DNA of 64,000 bases from Amphiscolops sp. MND2022. Its lineage: Eukaryota. The stretch's first letter is position 1. Each line of letters starts with the position of its first letter. This document shows positions 40,855 to 53,548 of this stretch, in pieces. The position numbers were made by a program, and so were the translations under genes. Location: the NCBI GenBank assembly GCA_964187785.1, contig OZ076409.1, positions 91,142,001-91,206,000 on the forward strand, given 5' to 3'. The notes under the pieces are model-generated. The model was not told the DNA's origin and did not search any database. It was given only the letters and a program-made list of their open reading frames with translations.

Positions 40855-43800
40855 ATGGATTTTTATGCAGGAAGTCAACCGCGCTCATTTATATCTTTCC
40901 TTTTAGGAGAGAATTCAAACGGCCAACCAACTCAGTCTAACGAAGAGATGATGGATACTAGCCAACAAAATGCTGACGTTGAAGGACAATCTAATGACCG
41001 CACGGAGGATGAGATTGAAGTGATTGAGATTACCTTATCCTCTTCCGAGCCCGAATATTCCCCTCAGAAACAGCCTGAACCAGAGGTCACTACACCGGAG
41101 CGTTTAGGTGTACCTCAAATCAAGCGTGAAGCCGAGAATATATCCCTTTTAGCTGAAATTTCCAAACGAGGAGGTTCCGTGTTTGCCAGTAGTGGTTCCG
41201 ACGAAAGTGTGGGTGCCTATTGTTCTCGGAAATTTGCTGCTATGTGCTCCCAGGGAAAGAAAGATGCACCTGACCTTCTGTCAGCCCCTCCTAAGGTCAG
41301 CATCAGCGAACCCATAGAACTGAATCCAACCGTTCCTCCTGCCAAACCAATTACCGAGGTTCATGAACAAGAACCGGAGAAGTTTTCTCTTGCGACTCCT
41401 CCTGTACACTCCAACGTACGCGATCAGGGACAAGGCAGTAAGCACCCTAAGAGTAAGGTCAACATTAGTGCTCTACCAATGGAATTTACCTTTGCCCCTG
41501 CGTGAGAGCACCCTGTCATCAGCGGAGCCTCCGCCTCCAGCCCCATTGATTCTCAGTCTCGAGCTACGTCAGGAGAGGATGTACCCATGTCATGCAATGA
41601 AGCAAAAGTCCCAGCCATTAGTGACCCTGAGTCCGTCCAGCCCAAGAGGTCAACATTAGCTGACGCTATTACTGCTCCAGTCAAGAACTTTGCTCCTGCC
41701 CTAAGTGAGTCCAGCTATGTTTCCCCTGAGGAAGCAATCCATCGCACCGGGGGGCCTGCCCCACTCTCTATCAATAGTCAAGAGCTAATTCGGACCTATT
41801 TGGAGAAAACCCCCTCTTTTAATTTGCCACAGGGACACCCGACCGTCGCCCTCAGTCAAGAACAAATTGGACACATTTTACGAATCGTCGCAGATGAGAC
41901 GGCAAGAGCATCGTTTGAGATGCTTAACAGCGTCGTTATACGTGCTAGTCAGTTGAGCCTCCGTGATTCCCCATCTGCAAGTAAAGGCCCAATGCACCGC
42001 CCAGTATCCCTTCGTTCTTGTTCTACTGGGTCAGAAGGGGACTTGACGTCTTACGGGGTTGAGGACAGTGGTCGCGACGTCAACAGTGGAGGAGCAACTA
42101 GTGAGGGGGAGTTCTGGAGCGATATTGATCCTGGACACTGCTCGAGTCGATTGTCAGCTGTCCAAATTCCTAGTCCTCCAGTTGCTAGTAGCAGCCGTGT
42201 TGACCTAGCTGCCACCCCCAATTCTGCCACTTGCGAAAGCCCTGGAAACCAGACCTTGGCAGAATTGAAGCAGGAAGCAGCCAAGACAAAAGGCAAAGGG
42301 CAAAAGAAACCTGCACCAAAGGTCAAGCCCAAGAACCCTCGTAAAGCCGTAGCAAGGTCTAGTAGGATTCTTAGCGATGAGATGTTAGATGGGATGGCAT
42401 GGACAAGAACATTTGTATCCGGTCCTATGGACCCTAAGTGGAACCCTTACAAATTCTATTGAGATTTGTAAGGGGAACATTTCAATTTATGGACGCGGCG
42501 CTAAAGAAATCCTCAGGCACCATTCGACTGAACGTCACCTCCGCAAGGACCAGAGGTGGCAGTACGAACACCTTACAGTTGAAGACCCGGTCACCAAAGT
42601 CATCCACCATCATGTTCGAGACAGTAAAGGTCTGATATTGTCTCCCAAAGATCTCAGGAGGGATTATGAGCACTTCAAGAAGGCAGAATTAATTGACATC
42701 GGTGAAAAACTTCCCTATTATCACGAGGCTATGGCTGGCATCACGCACATGACGTCTTCCTCAGATAATAGAGTTCGCGTCCAGATATCCGTCCTCGGGC
42801 ACTTCTTACCTTCAATCGGTGACCTTGGGTTGCTCAGGAGGCTTTGGAAGGATGTGGGCGTTGTTGTGAATCACCAAGCCCTCTTCTCTGACTTCAATTG
42901 GGGCAAAGAGAGACTTTCTGTTAGTAATTTTACTATGATAAAACCAAGTCTCTTTAATCCACGCAGGCCTATCAGCTAAACCTAGGGTTCGAGACTTCCT
43001 TGGACGTCAGGATACCTCCTTTTAGGTGATTGGGTTGAGAATTTTCTCCATTTTAGGTGCTTTTCCATCACATCTTTGTGCAAATGCTGGAAGACATTGG
43101 ACATCACGTCGTTGCTAATGGCTATTACGCTGTTGAATTCGAGGTCAAGGGTGTGTTTCTCTTCCTACACCTACGTTTCTGGAGGGACAATCAGCTCTGT
43201 AGGGTCCTTCTCAAATGGACTGGGCGTGTGCTAAGACGTTGCTCTGCCGAAGTCAATCTACTGAGTGGGCTGCTAGCTGCAATTTCGACGAGTCCTACTC
43301 TTGTTTGCTGCAGTGGATGTTCACTAGGGCTGGTACAATTGTTGGACAAAAGCCCTTTGTTTCCCCGAGCGATCCAGAGTCCCCAAAGGTTTGAGGAGTT
43401 GTCTCTCCAGAAGTTAATGCATAAGCGCAACAATTGTGTCTTCTGAAGAATCAACTTTGTGTCAGTGCTGCAGTACCTTGTAATCTTCCTAGGAGGCAGT
43501 CTCAGCCTTGAGTGTCTTCTTCTCGCACCCGAACTTTCAAAGGTTGGAGATGTTCTTTTGACCTGCTGTCTGGTCATATTGTAGATTGCCTTTGTGACCA
43601 TTCGTCTTTATTTTAGGCTATCCGTAGTTGTAAACTCGACTACGCTAAGCTTCACGTGATGTGTCAGGAATTGTTATCTAACTGGGATGCAGTCTTGGAG
43701 TATTTGGGATCAGCTACTGTTACTCAAGAGATGCAAGGAGTAAAGAATCAGGTAATGACTTTGTGTCTGTCGTACTGAAAGTTCGCCCATGTTCACTGTT

Positions 43801-45208
43801 AGGTACCAGGTGTTATTCCTTTCAGCCATAAAGTCTGGAGTGGTCCATTGTGTATGACGACCTGTTCACTACCAAGCTCGAACTTTTCCAGATTCTTGCA
43901 CGGGATTGTTAGTAAATGTTGTTTCTTATTGTGGTAGGAGAAGTTTTTTAATTAAACAATCTTCGGTTTTCTGAAATAACCTGACGTAGAGTGCATTTTA
44001 ATAATTTTGTTTGTATACTTCGCGTCTAGTTGACTACTTTAGTAAGCGGCTTGTGATGTTTAGATGCAAATAGCTTCGCCATCAGCCTTAGTGGACGCAA
44101 GGACCGCAACTTCTACTTGTACCGACAACTGTGCCAATATTTGTTCAAGCTCGCTCGAAGATGTTCCAACCCTGCAGATTTACCAGACGAACAAAATTGG
44201 ACTGCTATCCTAAATTTGGATATCAAGAGCGGAACCGCTCTCACAGACTCCGAGTTCATCTCCCGGATCAAATTGGGTTTGCGACTTCGGGTCGCGTGCA
44301 GGGCCATGGCAGAAAAGGACATCCGAGACAAAAAGGACCAGGGGATGCCACTTGATGCATTGGCAAATAAGAACAGGGACGATTTCGGGAGGTCTGCCAG
44401 AAGTTACGTTTCTCACCTGTTCAGTTCCGTCCGAAACCAGAAGACCCTTACTACTGATCTAATGAAAGGCCTAAGCAGTTTTGACCTGGATACGCTGTTG
44501 CATGAACCTCTACCGCACGCAATGTACTGCTTTTCTCAGCTGTTCGCCAGCTTCCGACTCCGAGGGCACTTTTCATTGGAACAATAAATTGAATGTCAAG
44601 AAGAGTATGCGTCATTTGTTGATGATCTCCGACGCAGGTATCCAGAGTTACGTCAACCTACTCTTTTCATCCGGGATACCGTTGCTTTCCTGATCGAGCA
44701 AGCTACCCTCCTGAGTCGTCCGTTGCTACTCAAGCTTTTCCGCTTGGCTTGTTTGTGCCTCGATGAGCCTTTCCAGACCCTACCTCCAGTCAAGTTCGGT
44801 TCAGTTGATTCTGACGATCCTACAAGTGGTTTTGTAGACGTGGTGTTACCTGTACAATCTTATTTCCAAAACGTGCCTTATAGTGTGGAAGCTGTCAGCT
44901 CCGATCAGTCCGTTGCTGCTTTCTTGCGCTTGGAACCCACTTTCGTTGGAGTTGGGACGTCAGATATTTATAGCCCCTGGGACAGTGTAGATTTCTTTGG
45001 TTGTGCCGAAATCCTTGAGCGATTGGATCCCGATGGAACCTGCCAGCGCAGTCAAAATTTAGATCCTGCGTCCAAAAACGCTAATGTTACTAAGTCTGCT
45101 GAGTCTAAGAAGTCCAAAGTATCTAAAAAGATGAGTCACTTATTGACCCGGAGCGAATTAGGCCAATCAGCTGAAAACCTCTTGTCTGCAACCAGTTCTA
45201 AATTTTAA
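40855..45208 (+). pseudogene. Antisense accessory gene, copy A (5 exons, several lesions)
   Basis: Starts MDFYAGSQPRSFISF; WTRTFVSGPMDP..EICKGNISIYGRGAKEILRHHSTERHLRKDQRW. GT-AG introns 42920-43056, 43543-43616, 43752-43825 and 43908-44063 restore the frame. MKGLSSFD and LLLKLFRLACLCL. Confidence 0.85.
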
Positions 45209-45364
45209 TTGTTTTTATGTGCATCTGTTTCTAGACTGTACATTTGTTCATTTTCTTCTTTGTTGTTTTATTTATGACTGTTGGATTGTATCTCTGTAGT
45301 TCAGGTCCCAAGAAAAAGGTATTTGTTAAAGAAAATGACGGGGCAAGTAATTCAGTTTTCCTGA

Positions 45365-48300
45365 CTAGTATCTATATTCATCAGTAAAGTTGGGGGTAGG
45401 GTTAGGGCGTAGATTATATTTTCCTCCCCTAGGACTTTCATTCTCTGCAACTGGATCATCTGTTTCTCTATCTAATAAATCGGGCACGATTATATCCTTC
45501 TCTCTAGGATTTGAAAAATCAGGGTTTCCTGCTTCTGAGGGGCCCTCGGAGGTGGTTGTATCAGGTTCTGAATCAGTATTTGATTGCTGTCCGGTTGACT
45601 CAAGGTCGGTCTCGGACGCAATTTCAGTCGACTGCCCAGGTAGTTGCTCAGACTCCTCTGAGTTAGTATCGTGTTGCAGTCTAGTGGACCGAGGGTCCAA
45701 TTCGGCGAGTTGGTCTCTGCGCTGCTCAGCAGCTGCGTCATCAGTATTTTGGTCGTGTCGCGAAGACCGAAGGTCTAAATCGGTAATTTTGGCGTCCTGT
45801 TGATCAGAATTCATTGAAAGATCGTCGAAAGCATTTTTGAATTCGGAATTCGGTGGGAAATCGTCAAAATCAGTCTCCCAAGAAATAATGTAAAGATCAT
45901 CCTGTGGTATAATAATTTCATCGTCGGTCTGTAAATTTCCCTCTGGACGGACATCACGTATGTCGGTATTTGGAGTATATTTTCGCAATCTAATACGGTG
46001 TAAGATTTGTGTTTTATTAGAATTGAGTTCTCTGACGATGTAGTTTTCATTTGGCAAAACTTTTTCGATGATATAGGGTCCAGTCCACCGGAATTCTCGG
46101 AACGGGATTTTTGACCCTTGGTGGTCCGCTAGTGGCTGTAGTATAAAGCAGTAATCACCCTGGTGTAACGGAGCTGCTTTTGCTTTGCGGTCATAATATT
46201 CTTTATATTTTAAGTACGATTGCATAATGTTTTTCTTCGACCTGTCTATGAGAATTTGAGTACGTCTTTGTAATTCTTCGGCAAAATCTGTTGTAGGTAG
46301 GATTTTCGGGTTTGGATTTAGTCCTAACCGATGGTCTAAGATATTATATGGTATTCGTCCATGAAAAATCCTGGAAGGTTCGCATCCGATGCTTGAATGA
46401 TAGGTGGTATTATATTTGAGGACGGCCAATGGTAGATACTTATGCCATTGGCGCCGATATTCACCCGAAGCCATCTTGAGGTTACACTTAAGACTGGCGT
46501 GAGTTCTCTCTAATTTACCTATCGTCTGCGGATGCTTCGTTGTTGCGCATTTGATCTGAATTCCCAATATTGTTGCCACCTCGTCGACTAGACGTGATGT
46601 AAATGCCGTGCCTTTGTCAGTAATTAGGGTCGTCGAAAGGTAGGCATGTCTCGTCATGATGTCGATAATTACCTTTGCGGTACTAGAGGCTGATGCGTCA
46701 GTGACTGGATAGGCAAATATGTATCTAGAGAATACGTCAAGTGCAGTAATGATGTTTTCATATCCTCCACTTGGGGGAAGATTAGGTAAGAGATCAATCT
46801 GTAAGGCGTCCTCAGGACCAAGATCCCATTCAGGTAAATTGAGTAGTTCCGGCGTTATTGATGGAACTGGTTTTATTGTCTTTTATGCATGTTTCGCATC
46901 CTAGGACCCATTTTTTGACGATTTTTGCAATTCCAGGATAGTAATATTTTTGGCGGATTTCATAGAGCATCTTGGAGATTCCTGGATGTTTGTTCGCCGA
47001 TCCGTGTAATGATTGGAGTAATTCAGACACTAGGTGTTTAGGTAAAAGTGCCTGTCGATATTGTACATTGCCTGTTTCGTCATAGTAGTCTCGAATGACA
47101 ATGTCGTCCTGTACGGACAGACGGTCGATTTGACTGCAGTAATGCCGGTAACGTAGATCCTGTTGTAGAATTGTTTCCGAGTAGTCTTCTTTCTGTAGTT
47201 TGAGGCGTAGTTGGTGTAATATTACATCGTTTTGCTGTTCAATAGCCAAGGTGGTTCTGTTTAATAGTCTTTGTGATGTTGTCTGTTGTGAAGAAATGCC
47301 TTGGTGTACACTGAGTTTCTCAAAGGAGATGTCAGGTACTTGGTTGGTCGGATTGGACCTAGCGTCCTTTTTCCGTTGCCATATTTGTTCTTCAGTTTCC
47401 TCATCTTCGTCTGTAAAGAATACCTCGTCTTCTTCGGTTACTGCAGCCGACTGGACGTTGAGTTCAATAGGTGTTGTCGATATATCCTCCCGTATACGAA
47501 GTATGAGTTTCTCTTTAGGGCAGATTTCTAAGCGTGACAAGTAGTCGGCTGCGGTGTTGTTTTTGCCTGGTATATGGGCAATTGTGAAATTGAACTGGAT
47601 AACGTAGTCACACGCGTTCCACAAAGTTGGCGGAATGATTTTAGTTTGAAAGAAGCGAGTAACGGATTTGTTGTCTGTTAGTATGATCACCGGTTTCGGG
47701 GTCCCCCAAAAGATGTGTCCAAACTCTTTAAAGGCAAAGAATATCGCTAGGAATTCTTTTGCATAGATAGACATTTTCAGTTGGGCGGGACTAAAGGTCT
47801 TGGATCCATATGCTACTGTTGCAAACGCTTTTCGCGTTGAACTATATTTCTCCATTGGATCGTCCTCGATGAGATCTGCATAACCTGCTGCCGAAAAACT
47901 AGCATCAGTCATTAATGCTATTTGTTTATTGGGCAGGGTTTGTTTGAGTGCAAGTTCGCAACATCGGTCAAGAGCTTTGTTGATATCGGTGAATTGTTCT
48001 AACAGATCAGGTGTGACTGTGACCTTAGCATCATTTTTCAGTAGTTTGAAAAAGGGTGTCAGTTTTTCTGAAAGCCTTGGAATGTACTTACGGTAATAGT
48101 TCAGGAAGCCCAAGTATCTTTGGAGTGCTTTTTTGGACTTTGGGAATTTCGTTTTCTCTAAGAAGTTTTGGACTCTGGGTCGTTGCGGCCGCACTCCTTC
48201 AGGAGTGATGGTGCGTCCCAGGAAGTAAATTTCTTTGGCACCAAAGTGGCATTTATGCATTGTTAGTTTAAGACCTGCAGTCCTAATGCACTCAAAAGTT

Positions 48301-50409
48301 GCCCGAAGGTTGTTCATAAGTTGCGTAGCGTTGTTGGCAGCAATCCCAATATCATCAACATACTGAGTGAGCGCATTGGTCCGCTTTGATCACTTCGTCC
48401 AAATATTCGCGCATAAAGCTCGAGAAGGCTGACAGGGCCCTACTCAGACCTTGCGCAAGTCTGCGATAGGCAAAGGTTCTGCTGGCAAAGTTGAAGGCCA
48501 GCATCTCAATTGACCTCTGGTCAGCCATCTGGAGGCAGTGATATGCTTGAGAACAGTCTAGTTTGCAGAATAATTGTTTGCCTGCCATGGGTTGTGCGGC
48601 ATCTGTGAGCGTACTGACTGGATGGTTATTGTTGATGTAGTCGTCAGAAATCAAGTTGTTGATCTTTCGGAGGTCGACCAAGAGTCGCAGCTTGCCATTG
48701 GGTTTTTTCTGGGCAAAAATAGGACTGGCGTATTTGGAAAACGGGAGTGTTGTTATAATCCCATATCGGTGTAGTAGTGCTAATTCAACAAGGATGTCTT
48801 CTTTGAGGTTAATTGGTGTGGGCAAACTTTGACTATAGGCTGGGGAGTCATCTTTAGGAGTCAGTTTGATCTTGAAATCCTCATTCATGCCTATGTCGAA
48901 GCGGTGTCGAGCAAAAATGTCGTGGAATTCAACCAGGAGTTCTTGAATTTGGGCAATTTCCGTTGGGTTGAGCGTCGAGTCTGCCCAATCAAAGTTGGCG
49001 AGAAACTGTTTTCTGGACTCAATGTCATCCTGAGGGTTAAGTGTCTCTAATTCCTGTAGGTTTTGTAATCCTCTCAGGATCCGCTGTTGTATTGGTGTAT
49101 GTGTTTGAAGATCTCCGGGGTTTTCCGGACTAGGAAACCAATAGTGTTCGCTATTATCGTCAGTTTTCCGAGATTTGATGAGACTGCTGGCATAGTAGGC
49201 GGCATTCTCAGGATTATCTTGTAAAAGGAGCCATGTGGTCACTGGGTCAATGGGTTTGACGTATTTCATCTGTTCTGGCGTGAGGACGGAGAAATTAGCG
49301 ATGTGTGAACCTCTTTTGATGGTGTGTGATTGGTCAGTGAAGTTGTTCACGTGGATCGTAACCTGACCTTGAGTCAAAGTGACGAGAGCGGCACAGAATG
49401 TTAAATCTCCATCATCTGCAAGGTCATTGCTCGGTTGAAGAATTCCAGTGACATTCGCGTCATCGTATAGTTGAGAATACATAGAGACCATGTGTCTATC
49501 ATTGGGTGGAATTGTTATATCCTCCCGTGCGCAGATAGGTTCCATGACGTTGGTGTACTTGTGGTCCGCTGTTTTCAATTGCATGGAGAAGAATGGGAAC
49601 CTTAGAATTCCCTGTCGCGTGTCTAATATGGTGTTGTTCCTCTGGAGGAACGAAAGACCAATTAGTGGACTGGTAAGTTTTTCCATAACTATGAAGATCT
49701 CGTGGAAATCGATGTCCCCGACCTCAAATTTGAGTTCGACAGTGCTCTTTGGAGTCTCCAGCTGTCCGTTAGCTACCATTATCTGGAAGTTGGGGGCTGG
49801 GCCCTCTTTAATTATTGACTGAGGGGCTAATAATCGGATTTTACGTAGATCAGCTTCTGGGATTGCGCTAGATAGGGCTCCCGTGTCTACAAGGCCATCT
49901 AAGGTTAGTTCGCCAAAATCCATTGGAAAGTAGAGCATGCGTCTCTTGTATTTTAGTCCGAGGTTGGTAGTCAACGGGACGTAGTCGGGTTCACCGTGTC
50001 GTGAGATTAACGTGTTCACAATCCGTTCTTCCACCGTTGCAGCTAGCGTGACCACAGGTCCGTCTGGAGCGGTCTCCTTCATTGTTTCGTCTTGGGTAGC
50101 CATACTAGTGGCGGAGCATTTTCTCCATGGGTCGACAAGAGCCGTGGTCAGAGTCTCGTTGAGATTTTGGTCAGTTTCATAAGAGTCAGGTTCTATTTCC
50201 GTAAAATTTTTGTGGAAATTGTTATAGAAATTGAGATGATGTTGATTGTAGATCTGAATGTCCCAATATGGGTCAAAACCAAAGTCTGGGTCTGGATAAT
50301 AGGGATTATAGTTATCAATGAGTGGGAGAGGGCGTATAGTATTAGTATTGTATTGCTGTCTGTCGGACTGGTAGTCCAAGTCATGGAGTTTGGTAGGAGT
50401 ATTTTTCAC
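45365..50409 (-). pseudogene. pol: Gypsy pol of element A (PR, dUTPase-like spacer, RT, RNaseH, IN), with frameshifts
   Basis: LVDTGA; KLDCSQAYH; QYVDD disrupted by a 2-bp insertion at ~48365; MTDAS, LTDNKS and NTAADYLSR; HGSANKHPG..CETC; ITDKGTAF..KLERTH; GPY. Confidence 0.95.
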
Positions 50410-50540
50410 CCGCTGCTGCCAGTCAGCTGATGAAGTTCCTTTAAGTGATGAATATTATTCAGTGTAATAAACAATAGAGGGGTCAGAAATTATATATTGT
50501 CTAATTCGTAGCTTTTCATTAAAGCAGAGTCGTGGCAAAT

Positions 50541-51155
50541 CTAGTTTTTTGGGTTTTTGAGGATGGAGGTGGTGGGTTTCGTATTGATGGAGTCATCTTG
50601 ACTCTTGGTAGTTTCCTCTGTTTTGGAGTTGTCCAATTTGAGGTTTTTGGGCTTGAGGTGAGCTCCAGCGCCTTTCCAACATCGTTCCGCCGGGTGATTT
50701 GTTTTGTCGCAAGTTGGACATTTTGGATATTCTTTTTTGGTGTCCTGCCCTTCATTGCGGCGTTGTTCCTCCTTTCTTTTGAGTCTGCGGCAGTCATCTT
50801 TGACGTGCCCAGGTTTTTTGCAATAATTGCAGGTAATGTTTGGGTCAATGCCGGATGATAGGAGGCCAGTACCCGGTCGTGTTGCTGTCGGGGCTGTGGA
50901 CATTGTGGGGACGTGAATGTCGTCGCCTTCCTCAAGTCCATTCAACTCCAATTCTCGTTCAAGGTGTGTGACAATCTCTTCGTAGGTAGCATTTTCAAGC
51001 CGTGCCATGTTAACTGAACGTTTCAGTTTGGGCGGCAATTTAGCGTAAAGTAGACTGTCAATCATCGCCTGAGCGTGTTCTCCAAAGGCTTTTTCAGCAC
51101 CTTGGTTGAGCTCTTCGAGAAAATCAGGTAATTTCATAGTATTCGGATCAAATAC
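50541..51155 (-). pseudogene. gag: Gypsy gag C-terminal half of element A with two zinc knuckles
   Basis: CNYCKKPGHVKDDC and CPTCDKTNHPAERC; ends with a slippery A AAA AAC just before the stop. Confidence 0.9.
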
Positions 51156-51741
51156 TGTCATGAACGTTACCGTTAGACGGTCTACCTAATCGGTATCCAT
51201 CATGTTGTTCATTTCTACAGTCAGCTTTAGCGTTTGAAATTCGCTGTTCCTCGGCATTTGCTTCCTCTCTCTCAACTGGGACTTCCCATCCCCTTCTGGT
51301 CTCTCGGCCCGATCCGGCCATTATGACATTCTGTATCTGAGGCAATACTTGACTGCTGATAGCCTCATTAATGGCCCTTTGGATCTGCGTCCCAACATTA
51401 TTCATCATTTCAACCATCTCACGGGATATCCTAGAGTTCAATTCGCTAGACAACCTATTTATCTCAGCTAGTGAGTTTGCTTCAGCTGAGTTTTGGCCAA
51501 AATCGGCACTTGTCCTAGGTTCATCATTTCTGCAATTAGAAAATAGACTTTCGCCCTCGTTGTCCAAGTTATTACTTATGACACTTTCTCTCCTTCCAAC
51601 GGAGTTATTGTCTAAACTCCTTTCTCTTTCAGTTCCATTGTAACGATCGCCTCCTAACATTATGTCTAGATTTTCGATATCAGAAAGGATCTCTAGTCCT
51701 CTGGACTTTCTAGTCTTCTTTTGTTTTCTTGTAGTAGGCAT
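51156..51741 (-). CDS. gag N-terminal segment within the 3' LTR of element B
   Basis: MPTTRKQKKTRKSRGLEILSDIENLDIMLG..LNSRISREMVEMMNNVGTQIQRAINEAISSQVLP. Confidence 0.7.
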
Positions 51742-52777
51742 AAGGAAAACTTCGAGTATAAAATTAAATTAGATTATATCTCGAAAATAACAGTGAAACC
51801 GTTTGTACTGATATGATAGTCTTTTTCAGAAGAGAGCAAATTAAGAAGTGTCTCCTCTCTCAAAGGCACGGGTATTTATACCCCCGAAAGAGTGACACTC
51901 TCATTCCTTACATTCTTTGACTAAGACAATATCATATGACTGCATTTTTGATGGTCACAGGATGAACGCTATCCATTTCAAATATTATACATCAAAGGGA
52001 CAATCATTCAACCGTTAGCACCGTTTACATATTTGGCAAAATATTTTCATTGAACAGGTATTTGTTGATGTAGGTGCACATACTTTAGCACGTGGCGGCA
52101 CAACAAATATGTTTAGTCTAAATACCTTTCATGGGTACAATGGCAAAAGGCCTGATAAGGCAATAATATCAGATTTCATGCAACAGCTATTTTAGAACAA
52201 AATTGGATAACTATTCCTTAATGGTACAACAAAACATCAATTAACACTTCAGATTGGTACTTCATGATCAACTAAATATCATTACATGAAATTAGCATCA
52301 ATCACAAGTGCTTTGTTTATGGCGGACTGAATAGTCGAATTAGGCCGTCTGCCTGAACGGCATTAATAGCACTTTCATCCGGTTTGTACAAAGGCCGTAA
52401 TTGGCAAAAGAGAAAAAAGCACACGAAAATGAAGGCCTCTGATTGGCTAATTGAGTGAGCGCAAGTGACGCTAGCAAGAAAGTACAGGAGTCCATTTGAA
52501 CTCGTTTCCGTACTTTCTTTAAGTTGCTTACCATAATCTTTGATTATTACTACATCGCATTGATAATACAACAGCACAACACAATCTATGTTAACAGACT
52601 AATATACAATTAACATTCAGGACTAAGGTCGATCATAAATAATCAACAAGTGCAATAATTCTAAGTTTTGGTGATAAGGGAATACGTCCCGGTACGGCCC
52701 TTTTGGCTTTTTCTAAAATAATATGGCAACAAAACACATGAGCAATGTAAAAGTTTAAGAGAAAGTTTTAGTTTACT

Positions 52778-53548
52778 TTAATAGATAGGGAGAGTTTCTG
52801 GGGCCACATCCTGGCCAAGAGCCGTTGTTGTAATCCTTGTGCCGTCACAGGCGGCAGCCTGCGACACAGCGGGTGCAATGAAAAGAAGACTGCCTGCATT
52901 AAGACCATTGATGTAGGCTTCTTTCCTGAGAGCTGTTATGTAAGCGGGTTCGCTCCTTGGAGTTGAGGCTTCCATGTATTTGTTTATCTTTATGGATTTT
53001 ATTTCATCCACAGATTTTCCACAAACCATACAGCTTGTGCTCCTTTGGGAGCTGATATCAGTGTAAGGCAACGCATTTTGTATGTGGAAAGAAGCATGGA
53101 ATCCGCTATTTTCGGGTTGTATCACCGGCGTATCCATAGACGGCCCTCTCTTATGAGCGGGGGGCGAAAGCGGTGACTCTAACACAGGCAGAATCGTCTT
53201 GCATAATTCTATCCTCCTCTTCGTGTTGCCCCTAGACGGAGCATAGCATAGTTTCTCGTCGAAGTAGGTTTTGTCCAACTTCGGTGTGGTTTGCACGTCT
53301 GAAGGCACAGAGCTAGGACCAGGTTCATCGCTTGCCGTCGTCATTCTTCTGCCGGCTATTGGAATTGGCTCAGCTTGGACTTGAGTTTCAATCCTCCTCA
53401 CCATCTCTTCTGTGTCCGTAGACCAGTCTGAGTCCCATCCGTCAGAGGTTTCTTCATCACTGCTGATGTAGATTACAGAGTCTCTCGATGAGTCAGAACT
53501 GAACTCCAAAGAACCAAAGAGTTTTCTCGCTTTATTAAATCTTTCCAT
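52778..53548 (-). CDS. Small accessory ORF, copy B, intact 256 aa, function unknown
   Basis: SVIYISSDEE; AGRRMTT; CMVCGKSVDEIKSIKINKYM..LRKEAYINGLNAGSLLFIAPAVSQAAACDG, conserved with copies A and C. Confidence 0.8.
   Translation of the reverse strand: MERFNKARKLFGSLEFSSDSSRDSVIYISSDEETSDGWDSDWSTDTEEMVRRIETQVQAEPIPIAGRRMTTASDEPGPSSVPSDVQTTPKLDKTYFDEKLCYAPSRGNTKRRIELCKTILPVLESPLSPPAHKRGPSMDTPVIQPENSGFHASFHIQNALPYTDISSQRSTSCMVCGKSVDEIKSIKINKYMEASTPRSEPAYITALRKEAYINGLNAGSLLFIAPAVSQAAACDGTRITTTALGQDVAPETLPIY

Larger units (their letters stand above)
36819..51155 (-). mobile_element. Gypsy element A (gag 3' half, pol, accessory module, candidate 3' LTR 40675-36819), interrupted in gag by element B
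   Basis: gag CCHC pair, PR-RT-RH-IN order, LTR end ..ggttatgaCA at 36819. Purine-rich GGAAGGGCAGAATTGA is followed by TGTGAC at 40675. Confidence 0.85.

Noticed and set aside
40855..45208. Independent hAT transposon insertion or host ZBED gene
   Set aside because: No TIRs/TSDs are seen, the catalytic residues are missing, and position and orientation are the same in three diverged Gypsy elements.
50541..51741. A single gag gene with a frameshift at 51150-51160
   Set aside because: The break coincides with an LTR-terminal CA seen at the same place in the two other elements, and the central gag region is absent. Nested insertion fits better.
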